DNA from: Gemmatimonadota bacterium
Lineage (GTDB): Bacteria; Gemmatimonadota; Gemmatimonadetes; Gemmatimonadales; GWC2-71-9
Direction: 5' to 3'
DNA length: 64,000 nucleotides
NCBI GenBank assembly: GCA_003246755.1
Contig: QKDC01000165.1
Location: forward strand, 1,651 to 65,650
A program made the position numbers and the translations under genes. The stretch's first letter is position 1; every line of letters begins with the position of its first letter. Under the pieces are notes generated by a model. It ran no database searches. It was not told where the DNA came from and was given only the letters and a program-made list of their open reading frames with translations. This document shows, in pieces, positions 36,553-48,084 of this stretch.

Positions 36553-38888
36553 CGGTGGCTTCGCCCGACCTCCGCACCGAGCGGTCGACGCTGATGGTGA
36601 CGGGCATGACCTGCGCCGCCTGCAGTGGTCGGGTGCAGCGGGCCCTCGAGCGGGAAGAGGGTGTTCGCTCGGCGCATGTGAACCTCATGACCGGGCAGGC
36701 CGAAATCGTCTACCAGCCCGACGTGGTGAGTCCCGACGCGCTGGTGTCGGTCGTGACGGCGACGGGATACGGGGCTTCGGTGCCGGCGCCAGGATCAGAT
36801 GCCATCGCCGATACCGAGGCCCTTGATCGCACCCGATCGGACGAATTGCACGAACTGGCCTCCAAACTCAAGTTCGCGGTTGCCGTCGCCATCCTGAGCA
36901 TGGTGATGATGCCATTTGCCGAAGTGCCCGACGCGATGACAGGCGACCCCATGATGCGGCTCATCGCACCACTGGCAGACGGGCTTCGCTCGTTGGTTCC
37001 GGCTCTCGGCCAATTGCATCCTTCCGCGTGGAGGTGGATCCTCCTCGCCCTGACGCTGCCGACCGTGCTGTGGGCAGGCCGTCATTTCTACACCCGTGCA
37101 TGGGCCGCCTTTCGCCACCACAGTGCGGACATGAATACCCTGATCGCAGTCGGAACCGGTGCCGCGTTGGTGTTCAGTATCGCGATGACGGTGGGTGGCG
37201 ATTGGTTTGGAGCCCATGGTATTCGACCCGTGGTTTACTACGAGGCGGTCAACACGATCATCGCGCTGATCCTCGTTGGCAACTACCTGGAAACCAGGGC
37301 AAAGCGACAGACGACTGGAGCGATTCGTCGGCTCATCGGGCTGAGGCCGAAGACGGCGCGGATACGGAGGAATGGGAGCGACCATGAAGTCGCGTTGGAG
37401 GACGTTCAGGTCGGTGACGAGGTCATCGTTCGTCCAGGGGAGCGGGTCCCGGTGGATGGTGAAGTGCTCGAGGGTCGCAGTTCCATCGACGAAGCGATGC
37501 TGACCGGCGAACCCCTTCCCGTGGGCAAGGAACCGGGAGACGAAGTCACTGGGGGCACGGTGAATCTGACCGGCGCCGTGGTGTTTCGAGCCACTCGCGT
37601 GGGCCGTGACACGGTGCTGGCAAACATCATTCGAATGGTACAGGAAGCACAGGGCTCCCGAGCTCCGATCCAGGCGCTTGCCGATCGCGTGTCGGCCGTC
37701 TTCGTCCCCGTGGTGATCTCGATAGCCATCGCGACGTTTGTGGTCTGGTTCATCATGGCGCCGCCGCCGTCCTCCGGTGTCCGTGCTCTTGCCGCGGCAG
37801 TGACCGTGCTGATCATCGCGTGTCCTTGCGCGATGGGTCTCGCGGTTCCGACGGCGGTGATGGTCGCGACCGGTCGAGGGGCGGAACGGGGGCTCTTGAT
37901 CAAAGGTGGTGAGCCCTTGCAACGGGTTGCATCCCTCGATGTCGTCGTTCTTGACAAGACCGGGACGATCACGGAAGGACGTCCTGCGGTGGCGGTCATG
38001 CGGGTCGCCGAAGGGGTGGATCAGGCTGAATTCCTTCGGTTGGCGGCCTCGATCGAGCGCAGGAGCGAGCATCCGCTCGCGGAGGCCATCGTTCGCTCTG
38101 CGCAGGAAGGAGGCGTCACCCTGCACGAACCGGAGTTCTTTGAGGCCGTCCCTGGAAAGGGGATCCGTGGGCGTGTCGAAGGAAGCGACGTGCTTGTGGG
38201 GACCGTTCGTTTCCTGGAAGAGGAGGGAGTGGAGACCCTCCCCTTCGCAACGGTGGCCAAGGAACTCTCGGCACAGGCCCATACGCCGGTTGCCGTGGCA
38301 GTCAATGGCCGTCTCGTGGGCCTGCTCGGTATCGCGGATCCCGTGCGGGGGACGAGTCGGGATGCCGTGCTGGCGCTCCAGGATCTTGACCTCGACGTCG
38401 TCATGTTGACGGGGGACAATCGGTACACCGCAGAGGTGGTGTCGCACGAGGTGGGCATCGGGACGGTCATTGCGGAGGTGTTGCCCGACCGAAAGCTGGA
38501 CGAGGTGCGTGCCCTCCAAGCGACCGGACAGGTGGTGGCAATGGTGGGAGACGGCATCAACGATGCACCGGCACTGGCCGCGGCCGATGTGGGCATCGCC
38601 CTGGGGAGCGGCACCGACGTGGCCATCGAGTCAGCGGATATCACGTTGATCAGCGGGGATCTCATGGGGGTTGCGCGGGTCGTGAAGCTCTGTCGGCAGA
38701 CCATGGCCGTGATGCGGCAGAATCTGTTCTGGGCCTTCGCCTACAACGTGATCGGGATCCCTGTTGCTGCCGGAGTGTTGTACCCGGCTTTCGGGATTCT
38801 CCTGACCCCGACGATGGCCGCGACTGCGATGGCGGTCAGTTCGGTCAGCGTCGTGACCAATAGCCTGAGGCTTCGAAAAGCAGCATGA
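36549..38888 (+). CDS. copA: Copper-translocating P1B-type ATPase
   Basis: Track ORF 36405..38888 trimmed to ATG 36549 ([29 protein letters not shown]). Motifs CPC ([13 protein letters not shown]), [15 protein letters not shown]. Confidence 0.95.
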   Translation: MTVASPDLRTERSTLMVTGMTCAACSGRVQRALEREEGVRSAHVNLMTGQAEIVYQPDVVSPDALVSVVTATGYGASVPAPGSDAIADTEALDRTRSDELHELASKLKFAVAVAILSMVMMPFAEVPDAMTGDPMMRLIAPLADGLRSLVPALGQLHPSAWRWILLALTLPTVLWAGRHFYTRAWAAFRHHSADMNTLIAVGTGAALVFSIAMTVGGDWFGAHGIRPVVYYEAVNTIIALILVGNYLETRAKRQTTGAIRRLIGLRPKTARIRRNGSDHEVALEDVQVGDEVIVRPGERVPVDGEVLEGRSSIDEAMLTGEPLPVGKEPGDEVTGGTVNLTGAVVFRATRVGRDTVLANIIRMVQEAQGSRAPIQALADRVSAVFVPVVISIAIATFVVWFIMAPPPSSGVRALAAAVTVLIIACPCAMGLAVPTAVMVATGRGAERGLLIKGGEPLQRVASLDVVVLDKTGTITEGRPAVAVMRVAEGVDQAEFLRLAASIERRSEHPLAEAIVRSAQEGGVTLHEPEFFEAVPGKGIRGRVEGSDVLVGTVRFLEEEGVETLPFATVAKELSAQAHTPVAVAVNGRLVGLLGIADPVRGTSRDAVLALQDLDLDVVMLTGDNRYTAEVVSHEVGIGTVIAEVLPDRKLDEVRALQATGQVVAMVGDGINDAPALAAADVGIALGSGTDVAIESADITLISGDLMGVARVVKLCRQTMAVMRQNLFWAFAYNVIGIPVAAGVLYPAFGILLTPTMAATAMAVSSVSVVTNSLRLRKAA

Positions 38889-39232
38889 ACGAGCGCACAC
38901 TCACCCCTTCGCCTTGTGGTTGTGGCACGATGTCGTCAGAGGGGCGGCATGCCGTCGCCGTGGATCCAGAAATCAAGAGAGCCGTACTGCATCGGTTGCG
39001 GCGGATCGAAGGACAGGTTCGCGGTCTCCAACGGATGACGGAAGACGAACGGTACTGTGCGGATATCCTGACCCAGATCTCAAGTGTGCAAGAGGCGCTG
39101 CGTGCCACAGCCAAGGCACTTCTCCACAACCATCTCCGTCATTGTGCCAGTGCGGCGATTCGCTCCGGTGACCCTCACGCGGAAGAGGCTATGTATCAGG
39201 AGTTGGTCGACCTGATCGGACGCACTCGCTGA
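38885..39232 (+). CDS. csoR: CsoR/RcnR-family metal-sensing repressor (Cu-type C-H-C ligands)
   Basis: ATGA overlap with cop[16 protein letters not shown] core. Cys in YCADIL plus H-x3-C in NHLRHC. Confidence 0.85.
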   Translation: MNERTLTPSPCGCGTMSSEGRHAVAVDPEIKRAVLHRLRRIEGQVRGLQRMTEDERYCADILTQISSVQEALRATAKALLHNHLRHCASAAIRSGDPHAEEAMYQELVDLIGRTR

Positions 39233-39242
39233 ATCGGCGAAC

Positions 39243-40733
39243 TTAGGACGAGGCCCGGTCCATGTCGCGCCCCACCGTCCGAACCGACCCTAGCACCACG
39301 ATCCCTCCCAACAACGCCACCAACGGCAGCAGCAGCACTGCCGTCGCTATACCAAACCGATCGGAGAGCATCCCGACCAAAGGGAACGCGATCGCATCGC
39401 CCGCGAGGTGAATGAAGAGGAGGTAGGCTCCGACGACGGTGGTACTGATCCGCTGGGGAACGACATCGAAGATGACTGAGGTCAGGGGGCCATTGTACCA
39501 GGTCGTGAAGAAGAATGCCGCACTGAACACCCAGCTAAATAGGGTGAGGTCGCGGATAGTGAGGAGCCAGAGGGTCAGGGGCGCGCCGATCAGGAAGCCG
39601 ACGGCCGAAACGAAGACCCGTCCCCAGGAATAGCGTTTCTGGATCCAATCCGCCAAGAAGCCACCGGCGAGAGTCCCGGCGATACCCATCGTCAATCCAG
39701 CCTTCCCGAGGAGGACCGTCGCCTCGGCGACCGTCAGGCCGAGTTCGCGCGTCATGAATGCGGGGGCCCAGCCTACCAGCCCGTTCATCCCGAACGAGAT
39801 GAAGGCACCTCCAATGAACACGTACACCAGGGTTGGCGTGCGGAGAACGGTCTCGAACCCGTTGACGAGCTCAGCGAGGGCGGAATGCATCCCGAGGCTG
39901 ACGCGATCGCCCACGCCTCCCATTGCCGCCCGGCGTACCCAACTGCGGATATTCAACGCCAGACCGGCTCCCGCGCAGATGGCGAAGACCGCCGAATCCA
40001 CGGCGGAGTCCGCCCCGAAGTACTGATCGAGGACGAACGCGGCGGCCGCTCCAATCCCCAGGCTGGTCAGGAGCGGGATGCATGCGAAGACAATCGCGCG
40101 AGTCTCCAGCCCGAGATGCCGCACCTGGTCGCGGATCGAAGGAAGCGGGGTGGCCTTGATGGGGTCGCGCAGGCGGGAAATCAGAAAGGCGAGGCCGAAT
40201 CCGGGAAGGCCCAGCGCCATGAAGGCCACACGCCATCCGTATTGGGCTTCGAGTTGTCCGGCGATCAGCAACCCGAGCACCCCGCCGAGGGCGAGACCCG
40301 CCGTAAAGACGCTCATCGCTGCCGCACGCCGCATTCCTGGGAAGTAATCGGCCACCAGTGCGGTGCTGGCGGCATTGCCCGCAGCGCCACCAAATCCCAC
40401 CATGGCGCGGCTCACCAGGAGTTGGAAGAAGTTCCGGGCCAGCCCCCCCAGGCTGGTGAACGCGCTCCAAAGTGACACGCCCCACGCCGTGACGGTCGTT
40501 CGGGACGAGAGGTCGGACATGACACCAACCGGGAACGCGGCGATGGAAAACACCAGGACGTATGCGGACGCCAACCAGCCTAAGTGCGCGTCGGAGAGTC
40601 CCAGGTCTCGCTTGATGGGTTCGAACAACGCAAAAATGGCGTTGCGCTCGATATAGTTGACCACATTGATGACAGTCAAAAGCCCGAGGGCATACCCCCC
40701 GTAGGCCTTCGTAATCGGTCGGGTCTCGCTCAC
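39243..40733 (-). CDS. MFS transporter
   Basis: About 496 aa, 12-14 TM segments. N-terminal [32 protein letters not shown] block typical of Spinster-like MFS proteins. GTG start overlaps the upstream stop (GTGA 40730-40733). Confidence 0.8.
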   Translation of the reverse strand: MSETRPITKAYGGYALGLLTVINVVNYIERNAIFALFEPIKRDLGLSDAHLGWLASAYVLVFSIAAFPVGVMSDLSSRTTVTAWGVSLWSAFTSLGGLARNFFQLLVSRAMVGFGGAAGNAASTALVADYFPGMRRAAAMSVFTAGLALGGVLGLLIAGQLEAQYGWRVAFMALGLPGFGLAFLISRLRDPIKATPLPSIRDQVRHLGLETRAIVFACIPLLTSLGIGAAAAFVLDQYFGADSAVDSAVFAICAGAGLALNIRSWVRRAAMGGVGDRVSLGMHSALAELVNGFETVLRTPTLVYVFIGGAFISFGMNGLVGWAPAFMTRELGLTVAEATVLLGKAGLTMGIAGTLAGGFLADWIQKRYSWGRVFVSAVGFLIGAPLTLWLLTIRDLTLFSWVFSAAFFFTTWYNGPLTSVIFDVVPQRISTTVVGAYLLFIHLAGDAIAFPLVGMLSDRFGIATAVLLLPLVALLGGIVVLGSVRTVGRDMDRASS

Positions 40734-41866
40734 CTGGTGGTTGTTGCCTCCGTCGCACGTTGATCTCTGAACTCGCGCGACGCACCGTACTCCTTCACGA
40801 GCGCTGCCATCAGAGCCTCGCGTCGCTGATAGAGTCGGCGGAGGGGACGGGCTGGGTGGACGCTCAAGGCGTACGAGGTGAGGAGTGGCAGAGCGATCGT
40901 CGTGTCGAGGTAGGCCACGACGGTCTCGGACAACATGTCGGGGTCGACCTTACCCCAGGAGACCGCTTCGCCGGGGGTGGCACCGGACAGGCCTCCAGTA
41001 TCGGGGCGAGCGTCGGTGAATTGGATGAAGTAGTCGTGCCCCTTTTCGTCAATGCCGAGCACCTCTTGAATTTGCGGCTCGGTCTGCAGGAGGAAGTTCT
41101 TCGGGCTTCCGCCACCCACGATCAACGCAGCGCTCTTGCCCCCAGAACGCTTTGCACCCAATACGATCGCCGCTGTTTCGTTGACATCGGCAGAGACATC
41201 GAACCGGAGCTTGTTCCCGTCGAGAGCAAGCTCCGCCACGTTCATGCCGATCGAACTGTCACCGGGGGAACTCGTATAAACCGGGATGTCGAGATCGTGC
41301 GCCGTGCTCAGCACCGACCGACGGGCGAGACCCAGGGCGCTTTCCCGTTCACGCAAGTAGCCGCCGAGGAGGTAGTGGTACTCGGCGGAACTCATGGGCC
41401 GCTGGAATTGGTCATGCTGGGAGACTTCTCGGAGGAAGGCGTCGGTGGACAACAGAACGTCGAAGTCGAACACGATATCGTAAATCCGAACGACGCCCTC
41501 GGCGTGAAGCTCCACGTCGTCGGCAAAGGGAGATCCCTGATGCAGACTCAATCCCAGTGCAAAGTGCGCATCATGGTAGAGATTGGCCCCTGTGGAGATG
41601 ATCCAGTCGACAAATCCCGCCTCCATCAACGGAATGAGGGAACTCATTCCGAGACCCGCTGGAGTCATCGCCCCAGTCAGACTCATGCCCACGGTGACAT
41701 CGGGTTGCAACACCTGCCTCACGAACAACTGGCATGCCTCGCGGAGGCGACCCGCGTTGTAGGCCAGGAAGGTGTTGTCGATGAGATCGGACACGGTCTC
41801 CTTGCCGGCGATCCCGGCAGGTGAGATCCGTGGGCCGCGCAAATGCTTGTCCGATGGTCGGGACAT
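40730..41866 (-). CDS. Deoxyhypusine synthase-like protein
   Basis: About 378 aa. Blocks [37 protein letters not shown] as in the DHS / homospermidine-synthase-like family. Confidence 0.8.
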   Translation of the reverse strand: MSRPSDKHLRGPRISPAGIAGKETVSDLIDNTFLAYNAGRLREACQLFVRQVLQPDVTVGMSLTGAMTPAGLGMSSLIPLMEAGFVDWIISTGANLYHDAHFALGLSLHQGSPFADDVELHAEGVVRIYDIVFDFDVLLSTDAFLREVSQHDQFQRPMSSAEYHYLLGGYLRERESALGLARRSVLSTAHDLDIPVYTSSPGDSSIGMNVAELALDGNKLRFDVSADVNETAAIVLGAKRSGGKSAALIVGGGSPKNFLLQTEPQIQEVLGIDEKGHDYFIQFTDARPDTGGLSGATPGEAVSWGKVDPDMLSETVVAYLDTTIALPLLTSYALSVHPARPLRRLYQRREALMAALVKEYGASREFRDQRATEATTTR

Positions 41867-41905
41867 TGAGTTCTCCTCGAGGGGACTATGCGAGAGGCGT
41901 TCGTG

Positions 41906-44900
41906 CTAGCGCCTCGAAGGCGCGATGATCCGGGTTTGGTAGGTACGAAGGTACTCCTGGTACGGGGCGCCTGCCGGGAAGCGTTCGTCGGGCCCGTAGG
42001 GGTACTCCGTCATCCCATGAAACGGCAGCGGTTCCACAGCGGTACCGAGCGCGGTATTGAGATCGGAGTCCTTGATCCACCCGTCCGTGTAAAGCAGGAA
42101 GTCACGCCTCCAACCATTGGGCAGTGCGGGGGCAGCGGCAGCGTCGAATTCGATGGTTGTCTCATCCCCCGGGGCCATCACGATGTATTGGTCGTCCGCA
42201 GTACCAAGGAGGGAGACGACGTCCCCGTAACGGGTAAACGCACCGGTAATCGGTCGCCACCGCGGCTCGGTGGCCACCGTTCCGTAGTCGAACCAGTGAG
42301 GGCCGTATCGTCCACCTTTCCGGAAGGTGCGGGAGAACCCACGGTAGTGCAGGTCCGCCGAGACCGGAACGAGAGTCGTGACTCGGACTGGACTGCTCGA
42401 TGCGGTCCCGGCGATAAAGGCCTGATCCCAATAGATCTGCATGTTGGATCGTATTCTGACCCGGTGATCATCGGTCGGAAACTTTCCAGTGAGGTCGGCA
42501 ATCACGGTCTTCGCCTTCCCGGAGGGAAAGCCAAGGTCGGGGATCACGGTCTGCCATCGGCCGGACGCGTCAACGACATCGAGCGACGGCCATTGGACCT
42601 GGAACGCGCTCGACTGAGCAACCGCGACGTTGATGCTGGCGTCGGAGGGGAAGATCCAGCCATTGAGGAAGAGGAAGAGGCTGTCCGCCGCGGGAACCTC
42701 TCCGAGATCGAGGATCAACTCATGTGGTGTGGTGATCCCCTGGTATCGCGTCGGTGTGAGGTACGGCGCGTAGCGGTGATCCCTGTCGGTGAGAGCCGAC
42801 AAGACGTCCATGCCCTGACCATCGATCGCCGACACCGGTGGGCGGGCTCCAGGGACGTGGTAGAGGCGGAGGCTCGTCGGCCCCGGTGGCACGAAGCGCT
42901 CGTTGACGTAAACTTCAACCGAATCCGGATGATCCAGCACCAGCAGTTTGACTTCATCGAGGTAAGCGGTTTCCCAGAGCTCTTCGGTGACTTGCAGGGA
43001 GTATCGGCCGTTCTTCGGTCGAAGCAGTTCTCCCGCAATACGCACGTATTCTGTCGACGCCGCCGCCGGAGCGTACTTGGTGTTCCCACCCATGATTCCC
43101 AGGGGCATCCCGATCGCGCTGCGCCACATGACGTCCGTCACGAACTCATACCGCTCGCCATTCCATGCGTACGTGAAGGCGCATGACCCCTTGAGTACAT
43201 CCTGCTCGATGATCTCTCCCGAACTCCCAGGCGAGAGGACCTGGGGCACCCCGTTGGGCCAGGTGACCCGGATGACGTCGGCCGTTCGGTGCGTCGCGAG
43301 CCCGAAATGGGTGACTCGCTCGGTGACCACTCGGGACTGGTAGAGGTCGCCTGATCGAATCTCGACCCGCGCACCGATCCCGAACGCGTTGTTCTTCCCA
43401 CTTCCGGTCCGCAAGGCCGTGAGTTGAACCTTCACGTAGAAATTGGTGTTACCCCCATCGTTTCGGAGCACACGCACCCCGGTCGGCATGGAGACGAGTA
43501 GGTCCTCGTCCCCGTCGAGATCGTAGTCGGTGACGGCCAAAGCACCGCCGCCGACGTTCGGGAGTATCTCGGAGCGATCCTCGAAGCGTCCCCGCCCGTC
43601 GTTGGCCAGCAGGACAGTCCCTCGCGCCTGATCTGCCAAAGGTCGTCCCGTGACGATGAGGTCCAAATCTCCATCGTTGTCATAGTCGATCGTGCCGAGG
43701 GCCTGTGGGGATATCGTCGCCAGGACGCGACTGAGTTGGCTGTCATCGCCTCGGGAGAAAGAGCCATCTCCACGGTTGGTAAACATCCATCCCGCTCCCG
43801 CACTCTCCCCGACCACGATGAGGTCGAGATCTCCATCGCCATCATAGTCACCGGCCGTCACTGCCTTGGCGGGTCCGGGAGGGGTGAAGCCCGCGGCTGA
43901 GCCTTCGGCAAACCGGGACTGTCCCAGGTTCAGGTGCACACGATGATTGTCTTCCGCACCGACCGTGACGAGATCGATCAGTCCGTCATCGTCGAAGTCA
44001 CCGATCGCGGCCCCATTGGTCGATGCTGGAAGACCGGCAAGTCCGGTTTCGGATCCCAGGGGCGTGAAGGTGCCGTCGAGGTTGTTGCGGAAGACTCGGT
44101 CGAGATCTTCCGTGCCCAGGAAGAGGTCCAGGTCGCCGTCGTGATCGAAATCAAACCACAAGGCGACTCGTTCCGGGCCGATGACCCCCGCAAGGCGAGC
44201 GCTGGCATCGCGAAGCCCGCCGTCCGCCGGACGGAGAAAGAGGTGTCGTCCGTCCGAGCCACTCGTGTACAGGTCGAGCCGGCCGTCGTTGTCCGTATCG
44301 GCGAATACGGCGGTCAGTGGGAGATTGGTTGCCCCCAATTCCACCTCAACCGTGCTTGCGACATAGCGTCCACCCGCATTCCGAAAGAGCGTCGATCCGG
44401 TGAGGACGTCATCCACCCCGTCACCATCGAAGTCCCCCACCGCCAGGGACCTGGGTTGTCCTCCCCCCAGTGCCGAAAGGGCTCCCAGACCGGCTTCGGT
44501 CGTGGCGTCCCGAAACGCTATCGTCCGTCGCACGAGGTCGCTCCGTCCGGGGAGCTGAAGGATCGGGCTGTACGTCAGGACGGGAAAGCCCTCGAGGGGT
44601 CCACCGACGCCCGGTCCCTGTATCGAGCGCAGGTTGGACTGAAACTCTGGCGTGAGTTCCAGAAAACGCTGGAACCGAGCGAGCGGGGCCAGAGCAGCTT
44701 CCCAGTCACTCGATCGCAGATGTCGGAGCGCTTGCTCGAGGGTCGTCATCATCTCCCCCGGGGGCTGGGGGATCAGCCCCTGCAGCGCTTCGAGCTGCCC
44801 GAGGGCGCTGTCGGCATTTCCACGAGTCGCGAGCCCGACGGCCAATCGCAAGCGCGCTGCCAAGTTCCCCGGTGCCCCGACGACGACCCGACTCAGGTAA

Positions 44901-45376
44901 TCCAGGGATTCGCTGGACCCCGGGTCGTCGGCCTGCGCCAGTTCGGCAAGGCTGAAGAGAACCTTTGGGTTCGCGGGTTCACGCTGGGCGAGCCGCAGCA
45001 GCTCGCGACGGGATTCCTCCGGGCGTCCCGTGAGTTCGTAGATCTTGGCCAGCAGGAGGTAGGTGGAGACTTCGGTCGTGTCGCGATCGAGGGCTCGGTG
45101 GAGTTGGGTCTCCGCCTCTCGATAGCGCCCGGATCGAACGAATACCAGGGCCAGATTGGAATAGCCAGAAGCAGCCCGAGGCAGCAAGTCGATGACCTGG
45201 CGAAACTCCGTTTCGGCCTCGTGAAGCCTCCCTTCCTGGAGGTATACCGACCCGAGTGTAGTTGCCGTCATGGCGCGGCCCACGGCGTCGGGCGCCTCGC
45301 GATTGCATGCGCTCGAAACCAGAACCCAAGACGCCAGAAGCGTCATGAGGTGCCGTGGGGTAGAACGAATTGGCAT
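41906..45376 (-). CDS. Lipoprotein: TPR + FG-GAP/VCBS repeats + UnbV/ASPIC domain + about 430-aa uncharacterised C-terminal region (CRTAC1 family, 1156 aa)
   Basis: Lipobox-like LVSSAC. TPR-like helical N-terminus. Repeats DFDGDGVDDV, DTDNDGRLDLY, DFDHDGDLDLF, DFDDDGLIDLV, DYDGDGDLDLIV, DYDNDGDLDLIV, DYDLDGDEDLLV. UnbV-like NAFGIGARVEIRSG. Confidence 0.8.
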   Translation of the reverse strand: MPIRSTPRHLMTLLASWVLVSSACNREAPDAVGRAMTATTLGSVYLQEGRLHEAETEFRQVIDLLPRAASGYSNLALVFVRSGRYREAETQLHRALDRDTTEVSTYLLLAKIYELTGRPEESRRELLRLAQREPANPKVLFSLAELAQADDPGSSESLDYLSRVVVGAPGNLAARLRLAVGLATRGNADSALGQLEALQGLIPQPPGEMMTTLEQALRHLRSSDWEAALAPLARFQRFLELTPEFQSNLRSIQGPGVGGPLEGFPVLTYSPILQLPGRSDLVRRTIAFRDATTEAGLGALSALGGGQPRSLAVGDFDGDGVDDVLTGSTLFRNAGGRYVASTVEVELGATNLPLTAVFADTDNDGRLDLYTSGSDGRHLFLRPADGGLRDASARLAGVIGPERVALWFDFDHDGDLDLFLGTEDLDRVFRNNLDGTFTPLGSETGLAGLPASTNGAAIGDFDDDGLIDLVTVGAEDNHRVHLNLGQSRFAEGSAAGFTPPGPAKAVTAGDYDGDGDLDLIVVGESAGAGWMFTNRGDGSFSRGDDSQLSRVLATISPQALGTIDYDNDGDLDLIVTGRPLADQARGTVLLANDGRGRFEDRSEILPNVGGGALAVTDYDLDGDEDLLVSMPTGVRVLRNDGGNTNFYVKVQLTALRTGSGKNNAFGIGARVEIRSGDLYQSRVVTERVTHFGLATHRTADVIRVTWPNGVPQVLSPGSSGEIIEQDVLKGSCAFTYAWNGERYEFVTDVMWRSAIGMPLGIMGGNTKYAPAAASTEYVRIAGELLRPKNGRYSLQVTEELWETAYLDEVKLLVLDHPDSVEVYVNERFVPPGPTSLRLYHVPGARPPVSAIDGQGMDVLSALTDRDHRYAPYLTPTRYQGITTPHELILDLGEVPAADSLFLFLNGWIFPSDASINVAVAQSSAFQVQWPSLDVVDASGRWQTVIPDLGFPSGKAKTVIADLTGKFPTDDHRVRIRSNMQIYWDQAFIAGTASSSPVRVTTLVPVSADLHYRGFSRTFRKGGRYGPHWFDYGTVATEPRWRPITGAFTRYGDVVSLLGTADDQYIVMAPGDETTIEFDAAAAPALPNGWRRDFLLYTDGWIKDSDLNTALGTAVEPLPFHGMTEYPYGPDERFPAGAPYQEYLRTYQTRIIAPSRR

Positions 45377-45479
45377 CGTGTGTGGACTCCCCTCGTGGGG
45401 AACTTAGATGATGATCGGGGAGCACGCCAAGCGGATCCTTCGCTTGTCCGTCGACGCTCGGTCATGATATGGTTCCGCC

Positions 45480-47240
45480 GTGACTTCCCTCGACCGTCGA
45501 CGGCTCATCGTGAGTGGCCTCTTTCTCGGCGCCATCGGACTGGTAGCCTATCTCGGCCAGGCCCGTGACGCCTCGCTGGCCGGGATCGGTCACCCGGGAT
45601 TTCGGCTCGAAGAGGTCTCCGCCGATGTTGGGATCGATTTTCGTCATCATCGGCCTACGCTCGATCCTGTCTTCGACAACATCGCGCCCCACATCGCGGG
45701 AGTTGGCGCGGGGGTCTCCGTAACCGACGCTAACCGTGACGGTTGGCCCGACCTCTACTTCACCAATAGCCGGTTCGATGAGCCCAACGCGTTGTACCTC
45801 AATCAAGGTGACGGCCGGTTCGTGGAGATGGCCGCCTCGGCGGGTGTCGCGAATCTCAACCAGAAGAGCGAGGGCGTGTCGATGGGGTCGGTCTGGGGCG
45901 ACTACGATAACGACGGCCTCGAAGATCTCCTGGTGTATCGGTACGGTTATCTCCGGCTCTACCGGAACCTCGGAAGCCTTCAATTCGAGGATGTGACCGC
46001 CTCGGCGGGCCTTCGTCGTTGGGTCAACAGCAACGGAGCGATCTGGTTCGATTTCGATCGCGATGGTCTGCTGGACCTGTACGTGACGGCGTACTTCCGC
46101 TCCGATGTGAACCTGTGGAATCCGGTCACCACACGGATCATGCACAACAGCTTCGAGTTTGCAGCCAACGGAGGGAGAAATCTCCTCTTCCGGAATGTTG
46201 GGGACGGGCGATTCGAAGATGTCACCGAGCGCATGGGAGTGGGGAGCACGCGCTGGACCCTTGCCGCAGCATCGGCAGACTTCAACGCCGACGGGTGGCC
46301 CGACTTGTACCTCGCGAACGACTACGGCCCCGAGGAGTTCTTCGTCAACGAGGGGGGGACACGGTTTGTCCTCACGCGGGCGGGGCTCGAAACCGATTCC
46401 AAGAGCGGGATGTCGGTTTCTCTCGGGGACATGTCCAATCGCGGGCGCCTCGACGTCTTTGTCACCAACATTTCCGAGCGCGGGTATCTCTTCCAGGACA
46501 ACAACCTGCGGCTCAACCTCCTTGCAGAGGTGGGACGGTTCGAGGACGTGGCGAGCGGCGTGGTGGCGGATGCCGGATGGGCTTGGGGTGCACAGTTCGG
46601 TGACTTGAACAACGACGGATGGAACGATCTCTATGTCCTCAATGGATTCGTCTCGGCCGACAGGGACAAGAGCTACTGGTATGAGATGTCGAAGGTGGCC
46701 GGAGCAAACGGTAACATCTTCGAAGACGCTCGGAACTGGCCTGCGATGGGCTCGACGAGCCTCTCAGGTTATGAGCGGTCTCGTGTCCTCCTCAATCTCG
46801 GTGCCTCGGGCTGGGTGGACGTGGCTGACTCCGTCGGGGTGACGGACGAGTACGATGGTCGCGCGGTCGCGCTGGTCGATCTCTTCAATCGCGGCGTCCT
46901 CGATGTGGTGATCGCCAATCAAGATCAGCCTGCCACGGTTTACCGAAATACCGTGACCCCGGGAAACCACTGGATAGGCTTCGCCCTGGAGGGAACCCGA
47001 AGTAACCGGAGTGCCATCGGTGCGGAAGTCGTGATCGAGTTTTCTGGGGGGCACCAACGGAAGGTTGTTGATGGCGGGATGGGCTTTGCCAGTCAGAATG
47101 ACCGCAGGCTCCATTTTGGTCTGGGATCGGCGGGTCGTGTGGAACGGGCGGTGATCCATTGGCCCTCGGGGATGACGCAGATCTTGACGGATCTCGCTGT
47201 CGATCGACTGCACCATGTGGTCGAGCCCGATAGGCTGTGA
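45480..47240 (+). CDS. CRTAC1-family FG-GAP/VCBS + UnbV/ASPIC protein (586 aa)
   Basis: GTG start. N-terminal DRRRLIVSGLFLGAIGLVAYLG anchor/signal. Repeats DANRDGWPDLYF, DYDNDGLEDLLV, DFDRDGLLDLYV, DFNADGWPDLYL, DLNNDGWNDLYV. UnbV-like NRSAIGAEVVIEFSG...ASQNDRRLHFGLG. Confidence 0.85.
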   Translation: MTSLDRRRLIVSGLFLGAIGLVAYLGQARDASLAGIGHPGFRLEEVSADVGIDFRHHRPTLDPVFDNIAPHIAGVGAGVSVTDANRDGWPDLYFTNSRFDEPNALYLNQGDGRFVEMAASAGVANLNQKSEGVSMGSVWGDYDNDGLEDLLVYRYGYLRLYRNLGSLQFEDVTASAGLRRWVNSNGAIWFDFDRDGLLDLYVTAYFRSDVNLWNPVTTRIMHNSFEFAANGGRNLLFRNVGDGRFEDVTERMGVGSTRWTLAAASADFNADGWPDLYLANDYGPEEFFVNEGGTRFVLTRAGLETDSKSGMSVSLGDMSNRGRLDVFVTNISERGYLFQDNNLRLNLLAEVGRFEDVASGVVADAGWAWGAQFGDLNNDGWNDLYVLNGFVSADRDKSYWYEMSKVAGANGNIFEDARNWPAMGSTSLSGYERSRVLLNLGASGWVDVADSVGVTDEYDGRAVALVDLFNRGVLDVVIANQDQPATVYRNTVTPGNHWIGFALEGTRSNRSAIGAEVVIEFSGGHQRKVVDGGMGFASQNDRRLHFGLGSAGRVERAVIHWPSGMTQILTDLAVDRLHHVVEPDRL

Positions 47241-48064
47241 CGGACACCATCTTGAGACGCCTCGACCCTAAGCACTTCATCATCATTCTCATCACCCTCG
47301 TGCTCGTGCTGGGCGAGGCGAAGTACTCAGTCCTCGGTGGCTACGACCGCCTGGCCATGACGCTCAGCGTCTGTGTTGCCACGGAGCTAGCGTTCTCGTG
47401 GTTCATCCGCGGGAAGATGCCGGGCCTCCAGAGCGCCTACGTGAGTGGAATCAGTCTGGCGCTCCTCACCAAGCCGCAAGGTCATCTCCTCTGGCCGTTT
47501 GCGTTGGGAGCGTTTCTCGCCATCGCCTCCAAGTACGTCGTTCAGGTCCACGGTCGCCACCTGTGGAACCCGTCGAATTTCTCGATCAGTCTGCTCCTGC
47601 TCCTCGCCCCCGGCCGGATGAGTGTTCTGAGCCATCAGTGGGGCAACGACCTCTTCACCAATGCCATCATCTGGGGAATCGGCCTCCTCGTGGTCTCACG
47701 CGCCAAGGTGCTACACGTCACATTGACCTATGTCGCAAGCTTCTTCACACTCGGCTTCATCCGGAGTCAGCTCGTGGGGACTCCACTGCTTCCCGAGGTA
47801 GCTCCGATCACAGGGCCCATGTACCAGCTCTTCGTCTTCTTCATGGTGACCGATCCGCGAACCACGGTCCGGAGCAGGAGGGGGCGCATGCTGGTTGTTG
47901 GGATTGTGGCGCTGGTCGAGGCCGCAATTCGGCTGGCTTCCGATTTCCATCTGCCCGTCCCGGCCGCGCTCTCGGCGTCGCCCCCCATCCTGGCTCTCGC
48001 AATCGTCGGGCCCATCGCGATGTGGATCGACCTACGACGCACGCCGGCTGCCGCGGCGGTGTAG
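47237..48064 (+). CDS. Polytopic membrane protein, UnbU-like / RnfD-NqrB-like (tentative)
   Basis: GTGA overlap with the upstream CRTAC1 gene. About 8 TM segments. HLWNPSNFSISLLLL resembles the (F/L)NPA-type loop of RnfD/NqrB-like proteins. The family call is tentative, from memory. Confidence 0.45.
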   Translation: MTDTILRRLDPKHFIIILITLVLVLGEAKYSVLGGYDRLAMTLSVCVATELAFSWFIRGKMPGLQSAYVSGISLALLTKPQGHLLWPFALGAFLAIASKYVVQVHGRHLWNPSNFSISLLLLLAPGRMSVLSHQWGNDLFTNAIIWGIGLLVVSRAKVLHVTLTYVASFFTLGFIRSQLVGTPLLPEVAPITGPMYQLFVFFMVTDPRTTVRSRRGRMLVVGIVALVEAAIRLASDFHLPVPAALSASPPILALAIVGPIAMWIDLRRTPAAAAV

Positions 48065-48084
48065 CTCCTGGTCCGGTCGCGTGG

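Noticed and set aside
36795-38519. 574-aa ORF antisense to copA
   Set aside because: The sense frame carries all P-type ATPase motifs ([16 protein letters not shown]). The antisense product is low-complexity and Arg/His/Asp-rich.
41888-45568. 432-aa and 544-aa plus-strand ORFs (41888..43186, 43934..45568) opposite the 1156-aa CRTAC1 gene
   Set aside because: The antisense frames lack motifs. The minus-strand frame shows periodic FG-GAP repeats and a lipobox.
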